From contig CBDHEC010000010.1 in assembly GCA_965261975.1 (NCBI GenBank), positions 10,569-74,568 on the forward strand: 64,000 bases of DNA. Direction: 5' to 3'. The stretch's first letter is position 1; every line of letters starts with the position of its first letter. The DNA is from Alphaproteobacteria bacterium (GTDB lineage Bacteria; Pseudomonadota; Alphaproteobacteria; UBA6615). Below, one piece after another: positions 55,639 through 64,000 of the stretch. The position numbers were made by a program, and so were the translations under genes. The notes under the pieces are model-generated. The model did no database searches and had not been told where the DNA came from. It saw nothing but the letters and a program-made list of their open reading frames with translations.

Positions 55639-56421
55639 CTACTCATCCTCCAGGTGGGCTTTGAGGAAGCTGAGGATCGGATAGAGACTGGCCATCAATG
55701 CAATCAAAAACCCGTACTGGCCTTCGCGGTATCCACGCCGGGCCACATAGCATTTCCAGAAGCGCGAGAATATCCGCCGCAGATTATGTGTGAAACTGCC
55801 GATCTCGCCGGATTCGCGCAAATCGCGCGCACGCGCGCTCGTGTAGCGGTCAAGCCGCTGGATCATGTCCGAGATATTGCGATCGACATAGTGGACCATC
55901 GGTGCCGACAAGCGACCGGACGCGCCCTTGAGTTCGAGCGCAGGATGGATTCGTTGATCGCCCCATATCTTGGCGGGGCCCAGCGCGGGGTCGTTCGCAA
56001 ACAAACGCACGGTCGCACTCACCCCCCAGGCCGCGCCCCAGCCGAACTCGACCAGCCGGTCCCCGACATAATTGTGAAACGGGATGAGGAAATGTCCGTA
56101 GGGCGCATCCGCAATCGTCGCCCGGATATCCCGCGCCAGTTCGGGTGTCACGCGTTCGTCGGCATCGACCTCGAGAACCCAGTCGCCGGTGCAGATTTCA
56201 ATCCCGCGGTTCCTGCGCGCACCTTCGATTTCCCACGCCCCTGCCTCGATCTTGGCGCCGTGCGCCATGGCAATCTCTTCCGAGCGATCGTCGCAGCGAT
56301 CGAGCACGACGACGATCTCGTCGGCAAAGGCGAGCCCGGCCAGGCAATCGTCGAGTTGGGCCTCTTCGTTGTGCGCGACCACAAGGGCGGACAAGCGCGG
56401 CGTATGTTCCTGCAAAGTCAT
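55639..56421 (-). CDS. Glycosyltransferase family 2 (LPS core WaaE/KdtX-like)
   Basis: Start ATG 56421 (MTLQEHTPRLSALVVAHNEEAQL...) DxD region VLEVDADE; 4-nt overlap with upstream GT9 gene. Confidence 0.75.
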   Translation of the reverse strand: MTLQEHTPRLSALVVAHNEEAQLDDCLAGLAFADEIVVVLDRCDDRSEEIAMAHGAKIEAGAWEIEGARRNRGIEICTGDWVLEVDADERVTPELARDIRATIADAPYGHFLIPFHNYVGDRLVEFGWGAAWGVSATVRLFANDPALGPAKIWGDQRIHPALELKGASGRLSAPMVHYVDRNISDMIQRLDRYTSARARDLRESGEIGSFTHNLRRIFSRFWKCYVARRGYREGQYGFLIALMASLYPILSFLKAHLEDE

Positions 56422-57401
56422 TCCCGGTCTTCGCCCACGCGGCGCCACAGGTTCGATGACGCCCGAACGACGGTATCAACTGACAGGCTGTCCATCAGCG
56501 TTTCCGTCGTGCGGTGATCATAACCCTTCCCGCCGACAAGCTCGGAGAATGGTTTCTCGGTCGTAACCCATGCCGCCCGCGATCCCCACGGCCCGTAGCG
56601 TTCCGGCCGGCTCGGGCCAAACAACCCCAGGGTCGGAATGCCCGCCGCGGCCGCCATATGCATCAGGCCCGAATCATTGCCGACAAATAGCGCCGAGCGC
56701 TGCAGACAGGCAGATATCGTCGGCAGGTCCTGTGTGCCCACGAGATCGATCCGTCGTTCGGCCGGGATCGCATCGAGCACCGGCGCCGCCGCCTCTCGTT
56801 CATTCTCCGCACCCAGCACCGCGATCGAGGCATCCGGCAAGATCGCGTCGGCCGACGAACCGTCGATCCCCGTCAAACGTCCGATCGTCTCGACAAATCG
56901 CTCCGCCGGCCAGATCTTGCCCTGCCAGTTCGCGGTCGGCGCCACGGCAATAACCGGCACGTCGGCCGGCATCAATTCGGTCGCACTGGTGTGGTGCGCT
57001 TCCGCGGTCCAGAGACGCGGTATCGGCGGGTTCTCCGACAGGCCCAACGTCCTCGAAAACGCCACGACAGCATGCTCGTCCTGATGGGAGCTCGACAGGG
57101 CCACCGCGCGGCGTGACGTCAACACGGTCCAGGGAATAACCGAGCGTCGAACATCCACAACCAGCGACCAGCGACGCCCGGCCACCTGGCACCAGAGAGA
57201 GCGCCAATGGCCGGCGCGCGGTTTCTTGTGCATCGGAATCAAACGTTCGAGGCCGGGCAGCGCCTCGAACAGGGGCGCTGCCGACGCGCCGCAGGCGACG
57301 GTGAATCGCGCGCCGGGATAGTTCCGGCTCAGGAAGTTCAGCAGACCGGACGATAGGACGGCGTCGCCAATCCGGTTGGGACCGACATAGAGAATTCGCA
57401 T
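56418..57401 (-). CDS. Glycosyltransferase family 9 (LPS heptosyltransferase family)
   Basis: Start ATG 57401 (MRILYVGPNRIGDAVLSSGLL...) and C-terminal GNDSGLMHMAAAAGIPTLGLFGP motif typical of GT9. Confidence 0.8.
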   Translation of the reverse strand: MRILYVGPNRIGDAVLSSGLLNFLSRNYPGARFTVACGASAAPLFEALPGLERLIPMHKKPRAGHWRSLWCQVAGRRWSLVVDVRRSVIPWTVLTSRRAVALSSSHQDEHAVVAFSRTLGLSENPPIPRLWTAEAHHTSATELMPADVPVIAVAPTANWQGKIWPAERFVETIGRLTGIDGSSADAILPDASIAVLGAENEREAAAPVLDAIPAERRIDLVGTQDLPTISACLQRSALFVGNDSGLMHMAAAAGIPTLGLFGPSRPERYGPWGSRAAWVTTEKPFSELVGGKGYDHRTTETLMDSLSVDTVVRASSNLWRRVGEDRE

Positions 57402-57555
57402 GACGAGGAGGCTTATACGCGCGTGCCCGGCCTCGCGCCAATTCTTGCTGCAAAAAGAATGCCCGGCGCGCCTTGCCAGAGCGATGCGACAGGCCAATTA
57501 TCTATCTACCGACACAGCATACAAACGGGCTGCCGCCAGCCGTGAAAGACGCACA

Positions 57556-58434
57556 ATGACCATCTGCTTCGTCACCTTGCCACGCGATATCATCGCGATC
57601 AGCGGCGCCGACAAACGCACATTTCTGCAGGGCCTGGTTTCCCAGGACATGGACCGAACATCCGCCGAGATATCGGTCTACAGCGCCCTGTTGACCCCCC
57701 AGGGGAAGTATCTCCACGACTTTTTCGTCGCGCAACTCGACGACAGCCTGCTGGTCGATTGCGAAGCCGGTCGGGGTGCTGACCTGATCGAGCGTCTCTC
57801 CCGGTTCAAGCTCCGCGCCGACGTACAAATCGATCCACGTGAAGATCTCCGCGTTTTCGCTGTTCTGGGGGACGGCGCGAACGAAACCCTGGGCTTATCG
57901 ACGACGCCCGGGCAAACAACCCCGGTCGCCGACGGGCTGGCCTTCACCGACCCGCGCGCATCTGAACTGGGTTGTCGCCTGATCGGATCGCGCGCCGGGG
58001 CCCTGGAATGGTTGACGCAGGCTGCCCTGCCGGAAGCCCCTTTCGAGGCCTACGACGCGCTGCGTATTTCTCTCGAGATTCCCGACGGCAGCCGCGACAT
58101 GGAAATCGAGAAATCCACCCTTCTCGAATCGAATTTCGACACGCTCAACGGCATCGATTGGGAGAAAGGCTGCTACATGGGCCAGGAGCTCACCGCCCGC
58201 ACCAAGTATCGCGGCCTGGTAAAGCGCAAGCTTGCAGCGTTTCAGGCCACCCACGCCTCCCAGGTCCCGGGCGAGAATGTTCTTTTGGGAGAGCAGAAAG
58301 TCGGCGAGATACGCTCACGCAGCGGGGACCATATACTGGTCTCTGTTCGCCTCGATGCCTTGGAATCCGGGCCCGAACAGCTGACCGCCGGGGGAAACCC
58401 ACTGATCTCCAACGCAGGACCTGCCGGCCATTAA
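57556..58434 (+). CDS. ygfZ: Folate-binding Fe-S cluster repair/tRNA-modification protein YgfZ (GcvT-like)
   Basis: Start ATG 57556 (MTICFVTLPRDIIAISGADKRTFLQG...) and conserved KGCYxGQE motif (WEKGCYMGQELTARTKYRG). Confidence 0.8.
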   Translation: MTICFVTLPRDIIAISGADKRTFLQGLVSQDMDRTSAEISVYSALLTPQGKYLHDFFVAQLDDSLLVDCEAGRGADLIERLSRFKLRADVQIDPREDLRVFAVLGDGANETLGLSTTPGQTTPVADGLAFTDPRASELGCRLIGSRAGALEWLTQAALPEAPFEAYDALRISLEIPDGSRDMEIEKSTLLESNFDTLNGIDWEKGCYMGQELTARTKYRGLVKRKLAAFQATHASQVPGENVLLGEQKVGEIRSRSGDHILVSVRLDALESGPEQLTAGGNPLISNAGPAGH

Positions 58435-58445
58435 TGTTCCATTAA
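58431..58445 (+). promoter_or_regulatory. CtrA-box-like motif TTAA-N7-TTAA at head of an AT-rich islet
   Basis: TTAATGTTCCATTAAG spanning the ygfZ stop codon; overlapping inverted repeats GTTCC-ATTAA-GGAAC; followed by about 120 nt of about 30% GC sequence. Confidence 0.4.
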
Positions 58446-58591
58446 GGAACAAATAGAACATAATAATAATTCATTAGATCGTTTGGTAGCGTCTGATATG
58501 CTATATTTGCATAACTAACCTATTGATGCACCATAGTGTCTGTCCTATGTCTGTTGAGCAAGATGATCAACCCAAGCGTAGGAGTTACACG

Positions 58592-58747
58592 ATGAACACC
58601 CTTATTACATACGAATCGGACGTGGAAATCCTCCGCCAGGCGGAGCAGGAGCGTGGTGAGGCGATGGCGACCTTCTTCCGCTGGCTGTTCACCAAGCCCG
58701 CGCACGAAAAATCCGAATACTCCCAGGACGTCGTCGCCGCCGAATAG
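58592..58747 (+). CDS. Small hypothetical protein (51 aa)
   Basis: MNTLITYESDVEILRQAEQERGEAMATFFRWLFTKPAHEKSEYSQDVVAAE; ATG 58592 preceded by AGGAG at -11..-7; track ORF 58523..58747 is an upstream extension; followed by strong terminator. Confidence 0.5.
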   Translation: MNTLITYESDVEILRQAEQERGEAMATFFRWLFTKPAHEKSEYSQDVVAAE

Positions 58748-58768
58748 CGTCGACCTCGGCCGAAAACG

Positions 58769-58800
58769 AAAAAAGCCGCGCCCCATCGGGCGCGGCTTTT
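58769..58800. terminator. Bidirectional rho-independent terminator (small ORF on + strand, ppdK on - strand)
   Basis: AAAAAAGCCGCGCCC-CATC-GGGCGCGGCTTTT: 9-bp GC stem, 4-nt loop, flanked by A-run and T-run. Confidence 0.8.
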
Positions 58801-58854
58801 GCATTTGAGTGATTGCGAAGAGGGTCCAGGACGCTCCCGACGACGATGGTTAAT

Positions 58855-61533
58855 CTAGCTCTCGGCTTCGACGCTGGCCTGGGCCGCCGCGAGGCGCGCA
58901 ATCGGCACGCGGTACGGCGAACAGGACACATAGTCCAGGCCGGATCGGTCACAGAATTTGACCGACGCCGGGTCGCCGCCATGCTCACCGCAAATCCCGA
59001 GCTTGATATCCGCGCGTGTCGCACGCCCGCGTTCGGCCGCGATCGACACCAGTTCCCCGACACCGTCCACATCGATTGAAACAAACGGGTCGACGTCGAT
59101 GATGCCCTGATGCTCGTAGTCGGACAGGAAGTTCGACGCATCGTCGCGGCTGATACCGAAGGTCGTCTGGGTCAGGTCGTTGGTCCCGAAACTGAAGAAC
59201 TCCGCAGATTCGGCGATCTCACCGGCACGCAACGCCGCGCGCGGCAGCTCGATCATGGTCCCGACCTGATAATCCACACGGGTGCCTGTTTCGCCGAAGA
59301 CGGCGTCGGCAACCTGGTCGATGCAGACCTTGAGGATATCGATTTCCTTCCGCGTGGCCGCGAGCGGGATCATGATCTCGGGCAGAACCGTTTCGTCGGT
59401 TTCCTTCGCCACGATGACCGCGGCCTCGAAAATCGCCCGGGCCTGCATCTCGTAGATTTCCGGATAGGTAATTCCCAGACGGCAGCCACGATGCCCCAGC
59501 ATCGGATTTGATTCATGCAGCTGCACCGCGCGGTCCGTCATCGCTTGCGGATCGCGTCCGGCCGCCAGCGCGACCTCGGCAATTTCCTCCTCGGACTTCG
59601 GCAGGAACTCATGCAATGGCGGGTCGAGAAGCCGGATCGTGACCGGAAGGCCCGCCATGATCTTGAACAGTTCCACAAAATCCTGCCGCTGGAAGGGCAA
59701 GAGCTCGGCGAGTGCGGCCCGACGGCCCGCGACATCGTCGGCCAGGATCATGCGACGTACGGCCACAATCCGCTCGGGATCGAAGAACATATGCTCGGTA
59801 CGGCACAACCCGATGCCCTCGGCACCAAAGTCGCGCGCCGTGCGCGCATCAACCGGCGTCTCGGCATTCGTGCGCACCTTGAGCCGCCGAATAGCGTCCG
59901 CCCAGCCCATCAGCTTGGCGAAGTCGCCCGACATTTCAGGCTCGATCGTCGGCACTTCACCGTCAATGATCTCACCCGTCGCACCATCGATCGTGATGCG
60001 GTCACCGGCCTCCAGCGTACGGTCACCGACGCGCACCTGCGCATTCGAATAGTCCACCGTGATCCCGCCGGCGCCGGCAACACAGGGGCGGCCCATGCCC
60101 CGCGCCACGACCGCCGCGTGGCTGGTCATCCCGCCTCGGGTCGTCAAAATACCGCGCGCGGCATGCATCCCGTGGATATCTTCCGGGCTGGTTTCGATCC
60201 GCACGAGGATCACGTCTTCACCCTTCTGCGCCATGTCCTCGGCGAGATCGGCGCTGAGGACGATGCGTCCCGATGCGGCACCCGGCGAAGCGGGGAGACC
60301 CTTGCTCAGGATCTTGCGTGGCGCGTCGGGGTCGAGCCGTGGGTGCAGCAACTGGTCCAGCTGTCCGGCCTCGACCCGCATGATCGCATCGGACTGGCTG
60401 ATCAGTCCGTCATCCACCATCTCCACCGCGATCCGCACGGCCGCGGCAGCGGTCCGTTTCCCCGATCTGGTCTGCAGCATGTAGAGCTTGTTGCTCTGGA
60501 CGGTGAACTCGATGTCCTGCATGTCCTTGTAATGCGCCTCGAGTGTCTCGCGCACTTCGGCGAGCTGCCCGAACACCTCCGGCATCACCTCTTCCATCGA
60601 GGGAAGGTCCGAGCCGTTGCGCTCCTTGCCCGCAATCGTCAGATGCTGGGGTGTCCGGATACCGGCCACCACATCCTCGCCCTGCGCATTGACGAGATAC
60701 TCGCCGTAGAAAATATTCTCGCCGGTCGACGGGTCGCGGGTGAAGGCGACGCCTGTCGCACAATCATCGCCCATATTCCCGAACACCATCGCCTGCACAT
60801 TCACTGCCGTGCCCCATTCGGCCGGGATATTCTGCAGCCGGCGATAGGTGATGGCGCGCTGGTTCATCCATGAACCGAACACGGCGCCGATTGCACCCCA
60901 AAGCTGCTCGCGGGGATCCTGCGGGAAGGGCGAGCCCAGTTCCCGCTCAACGATCGCCTTATATTCCCCGACGATCGCTTGCCAATCCTCCGCCGACAGA
61001 TCGGTGTCGAGGACCAGGCCACTGTCCATCTTGTGCTGGTCGAGCACTTCTTCGAACATGTAATGGTCAACGCCCAACACCACGTCGCTGTACATCTGAA
61101 TGAAGCGCCGATAGCTGTCGAATGCGAAACGCGCATCGCCCGAACGTGCCGCAAGACCCGCCACGGTCGTGTCGTTCAGACCAAGGTTCAGGACGGTATC
61201 CATCATGCCCGGCATCGAGGCGCGCGCGCCCGAACGCACCGAGACAAGCAGCGGGTTTTCCGCATCACCGAACTGCGTGCCGACATCCTTCTCAATCGCC
61301 GCCAACGCCGCCTCGACCTGCGCGTCGAGGCTATCGGGATAGGTCTCGCCATTGTCGTAGTAATGGGTGCAAAGGTCGGTCGTGATCGTGAACCCCGGAG
61401 GAACGGGAAGCCCCAGATTGCACATCTCCGCCAGGTTGGCGCCCTTGCCACCCAGGAGATTCTTCATCTCCGCGCTGCCGTCCGAAGACCCGGCCGCGAA
61501 GCTATAAACCCACTTTTCCGTTGCAGCGTTCAT
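58855..61533 (-). CDS. ppdK: Pyruvate, phosphate dikinase
   Basis: 892 aa from ATG 61533 (MNAATEKWVYSF; RBS AAGGAAG); phospho-His region GGMTSHAAVVARGMG and C-terminal PEP-utilizing TIM barrel. Confidence 0.95.
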   Translation of the reverse strand: MNAATEKWVYSFAAGSSDGSAEMKNLLGGKGANLAEMCNLGLPVPPGFTITTDLCTHYYDNGETYPDSLDAQVEAALAAIEKDVGTQFGDAENPLLVSVRSGARASMPGMMDTVLNLGLNDTTVAGLAARSGDARFAFDSYRRFIQMYSDVVLGVDHYMFEEVLDQHKMDSGLVLDTDLSAEDWQAIVGEYKAIVERELGSPFPQDPREQLWGAIGAVFGSWMNQRAITYRRLQNIPAEWGTAVNVQAMVFGNMGDDCATGVAFTRDPSTGENIFYGEYLVNAQGEDVVAGIRTPQHLTIAGKERNGSDLPSMEEVMPEVFGQLAEVRETLEAHYKDMQDIEFTVQSNKLYMLQTRSGKRTAAAAVRIAVEMVDDGLISQSDAIMRVEAGQLDQLLHPRLDPDAPRKILSKGLPASPGAASGRIVLSADLAEDMAQKGEDVILVRIETSPEDIHGMHAARGILTTRGGMTSHAAVVARGMGRPCVAGAGGITVDYSNAQVRVGDRTLEAGDRITIDGATGEIIDGEVPTIEPEMSGDFAKLMGWADAIRRLKVRTNAETPVDARTARDFGAEGIGLCRTEHMFFDPERIVAVRRMILADDVAGRRAALAELLPFQRQDFVELFKIMAGLPVTIRLLDPPLHEFLPKSEEEIAEVALAAGRDPQAMTDRAVQLHESNPMLGHRGCRLGITYPEIYEMQARAIFEAAVIVAKETDETVLPEIMIPLAATRKEIDILKVCIDQVADAVFGETGTRVDYQVGTMIELPRAALRAGEIAESAEFFSFGTNDLTQTTFGISRDDASNFLSDYEHQGIIDVDPFVSIDVDGVGELVSIAAERGRATRADIKLGICGEHGGDPASVKFCDRSGLDYVSCSPYRVPIARLAAAQASVEAES

Positions 61534-61543
61534 AGAACTTCCT

Positions 61544-63616
61544 TTATCCCTCGACTTTTGAGAAGTCTGCGACATTGTTCATTACCCCTTGGATGCGCGC
61601 GAGCAGGCGCAATCGATTCCCTCTGACGACAGGGTCGTCAACATTTACGGTCACCTCATCGAAGAACGCATCGATCGGCTGGCGTAATCCGGCAAGGCTT
61701 TTCATAGCGGATTCGAACGATTCGCCAGCCAACGCCGCCTCGATTTCACTTTCGGTCCGCGCCAGGACATCCCAAAGCGCGCTTTCGATCGGCTCGGAGC
61801 CGCTCAACCCGGGGTCATAGGCCGCCCCGTCATAGTCGGTGTCGTCTTTCTTCTCTTCGGCGCGAACGATGTTTGCCGCACGACGATAGGCGACCAGCAG
61901 GTTGTTACCATCGTCCGACTGCAAGAATTCGCCCAGCGCGCGCACGCGCGCAACCAGCTCGACCAGATCCCCGTCACGCTGCTGCTCGATGACCGCCTCG
62001 ATATGGTCGTGGCGCACACCTTCATCGCGCAAATGAACCTTGAGGCGATCGGCAAAGAAGGAAAGTAGATCGTCGTCGATCGCCGCATCATCACATTTGT
62101 GATGCGCCCGGGCCTCGACAAATGCCGATCGCAGGCTGAGCCGCAGCCCGTTTTCCAGCACGATACGAATCACACCCAAGGCCGCACGGCGCAACGCAAA
62201 CGGGTCCTTTGATCCGGTCGGCTTTTCGTCGACCGACCAGAAACCGATCAGGGTATCCACCTTGTCGGCCAGGGCGACGGCCGCGCTCACGGGGGCCGAT
62301 GGGCAGGCATCGGACGGGCCGACCGGCGAATAATGTTCGGCAATGGCATCCGCGATCTCGGATGGTTCGCCCTGCGCGCGCGCATAGTAACGCCCCATGG
62401 TGCCCTGCAAATCGGGGAACTCGCCGACCATGCCGCTGACCAAATCCGCCTTGGCCAGACGCGCCGCACGGGCGACCGTCTGGGAGTTGGCATCCGGGAC
62501 GGCGCCGGCGAACCACATGGCCATCGCCTCGACGCGTTCGACCTTGTCGCCGATGCTGCCGAGCTTCGCGTGAAACACGATCCCGTCAAGAGACTTGCCC
62601 ATCGCCTCGAGCTCGACCTTCAGGTCCTGGTCCCAGAAATACTTCGCATCCGACAGGCGCGCGCGCAGCACGCGCTCGTTTCCGGCCACGACGGCGGCGG
62701 GGTCATCGGCCTCGATGTTCGAGACGAACGCAAATGACGGCGCGATCTCGCCGCCGGTCTGTTTCAGACCGAAATACTTCTGATGCTCGCGCATGGATGA
62801 AACCAGCACTTCCGCGGGCAGCGCCATGAAGGCCGGATCGATCGATCCGATCAGAACCCGCGGCCACTCGACGAGGCCCGCGACTTCCGCGAAGAGCCCG
62901 TCATCGTCGGGCACCTCGAAACCGACATCGCCGCAAAGCCCTGCGAGCTGTTCGCGGATCGACTGCTCGCGCGCGGCCGAGTCCACGACAACCTTGGCGT
63001 CATGCAACTGCGCCGCGTAGTCGGCGAAATCCTTGACCGCGAAAAGGCCGGGGGCATGGAACCGATGGCCCGCCGTCTGGTCGGTGAATTCGAGCACGCC
63101 GTCGCCCGTGTCGAGCCCACCCGATAATGGTTTGCCGTCGAAGATCGCCAGCACCGCGTGGAGCGGCCGGATCCAGCGGAAACTCGACTGTGCCCAGCGC
63201 ATGGATTTCGGCCACGGAATGTCATGGGCCACGGCGACGACGATCTCGGAGAGTACGTCGCGGGTCGGCCGGCCGGTTTCTTCCCAGACCGCGACATAGA
63301 AGGATCCCTTCTTGTCTTCGCGGACCTCGCATTCGTCCAGCGAGATCGCGATCGACCCGACAAAGCCCTCGATCGCTTTCTCCGGCGCGTCCGTGCGCGG
63401 CCCCTTACGCTCGACCGAGCGGGAGGGCTGGGTTTCAGGAAGTCCGTCGACACGGATCGCCAGGCGCCGTGGCGTGGCCCGCACATCGACGGCGTCATGC
63501 TCCAGATTGTTTTCCTTCAGCGCCGCCGTCAGCAACCGCTCAAGGTCGCCCGCGGCCCGGCGCTGCATGCGCGCGGGAATTTCTTCGGATCGGAATTCGA
63601 CGAGAAGCTCGGCCAT
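61544..63616 (-). CDS. glyS: Glycine--tRNA ligase beta subunit
   Basis: 690 aa MAELLVEFRSEEIPARMQRRAAGDL... canonical GlyS N-terminus; directly downstream of glyQ. Confidence 0.9.
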   Translation of the reverse strand: MAELLVEFRSEEIPARMQRRAAGDLERLLTAALKENNLEHDAVDVRATPRRLAIRVDGLPETQPSRSVERKGPRTDAPEKAIEGFVGSIAISLDECEVREDKKGSFYVAVWEETGRPTRDVLSEIVVAVAHDIPWPKSMRWAQSSFRWIRPLHAVLAIFDGKPLSGGLDTGDGVLEFTDQTAGHRFHAPGLFAVKDFADYAAQLHDAKVVVDSAAREQSIREQLAGLCGDVGFEVPDDDGLFAEVAGLVEWPRVLIGSIDPAFMALPAEVLVSSMREHQKYFGLKQTGGEIAPSFAFVSNIEADDPAAVVAGNERVLRARLSDAKYFWDQDLKVELEAMGKSLDGIVFHAKLGSIGDKVERVEAMAMWFAGAVPDANSQTVARAARLAKADLVSGMVGEFPDLQGTMGRYYARAQGEPSEIADAIAEHYSPVGPSDACPSAPVSAAVALADKVDTLIGFWSVDEKPTGSKDPFALRRAALGVIRIVLENGLRLSLRSAFVEARAHHKCDDAAIDDDLLSFFADRLKVHLRDEGVRHDHIEAVIEQQRDGDLVELVARVRALGEFLQSDDGNNLLVAYRRAANIVRAEEKKDDTDYDGAAYDPGLSGSEPIESALWDVLARTESEIEAALAGESFESAMKSLAGLRQPIDAFFDEVTVNVDDPVVRGNRLRLLARIQGVMNNVADFSKVEG

Positions 63617-63621
63617 CGCGC

Positions 63622-64000
63622 TCAGCCCCCCGCCTGCGCTTGCAGCCAGATTTCACAGCAACCCTTCGCAAGCTCCCGTACCCGCAGGATATAGGCCTGT
63701 CGCTCCGTCACCGAGATCACGCCTCGCGCATCCAGAAGATTGAACACATGGCTCGCCTTGATGCATTGGTCATAGGCGGGCAGCGCCAGGTCCTGGGCGA
63801 TCAGCGCATGGCACTCCGCCTCGGCGTCGGCGAAGTGCCGGAACAGGATGTCCGTGTTCGCATGCTCGAAGTTGTAGGCGCTGAACTCCTGCTCGGCGCG
63901 CAGGAAGACGTCGCCATACCTGGTGCCCGCCCCGTTGAAATCGAGGTCGTAGACATTCTCGACCCCCTGCACATACATGGCCAGCCGCTCGAGGCCGTAG
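63622..64000 (-). CDS. glyQ: Glycine--tRNA ligase alpha subunit (partial; N-terminus beyond window end)
   Basis: C-terminal 118 aa ...[25 protein letters not shown]...[36 protein letters not shown] matches GlyQ C-terminus. Confidence 0.9.
   Translation of the reverse strand, partial: YGLERLAMYVQGVENVYDLDFNGAGTRYGDVFLRAEQEFSAYNFEHANTDILFRHFADAEAECHALIAQDLALPAYDQCIKASHVFNLLDARGVISVTERQAYILRVRELAKGCCEIWLQAQAGG

Noticed and set aside
1-64000. CRISPR arrays, IS elements, integrases or recombinases
   Set aside because: No direct-repeat arrays and no transposase- or integrase-like translations were seen on either strand. The island hypotheses rest only on tRNA adjacency and gene content.

Overview
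This window is high-GC (about 65%) DNA with alphaproteobacterial gene content and synteny. It holds about 65 protein genes, two tRNAs and a C-terminal fragment of glyQ, arranged as core and accessory blocks. (1) 1-11.7 kb is a minus-strand catabolic module that ends at the 3' end of tRNA-Phe: class II aldolase, FAH hydrolase, LigE-like GST, TPP enzyme, TAXI-TRAP transporter, TauD-like dioxygenase, amidase, cyclase, cupin. (2) 11.9-21 kb is a conserved housekeeping block: yacG, rng, maf, infA, LMW-PTP, UPF0262-like, hisD, hisG, DUF2948-like, murA, dcd, an unannotated small basic ORF, RidA, TerB-like. (3) tRNA-Thr at 21.1 kb is followed by a 22 kb accessory region: an IlvD/EDD dehydratase, an orphan GH24 lysozyme plus membrane protein (candidate lysis cassette), a TetR-controlled catabolic cluster with a DctPQM TRAP system, an orphan receiver-domain protein, an arsC-amidase-panE-MFS operon, and a 2OG-oxygenase/arylformamidase group. 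(4) 43.7-57.4 kb is a glycan/LPS locus. It contains a translationally coupled CDP-glucose 4,6-dehydratase, C-methyltransferase, 3,5-epimerase, acetyltransferase and reductase set predicted to make a C-methyl-branched 6-deoxyhexose. It also contains asnB and GT4, GT2 and GT9 glycosyltransferases, interrupted by acuI/thiolase and two unknown envelope proteins. (5) The remainder is core: ygfZ, an AT-rich islet with a CtrA-box-like motif and a small ORF, then ppdK, glyS and glyQ. No CRISPR array, IS element or integrase was seen. Many long antisense or out-of-frame ORFs in the track are GC-driven artefacts. All functional calls are motif-level inferences from the translations, since no database search could be run.
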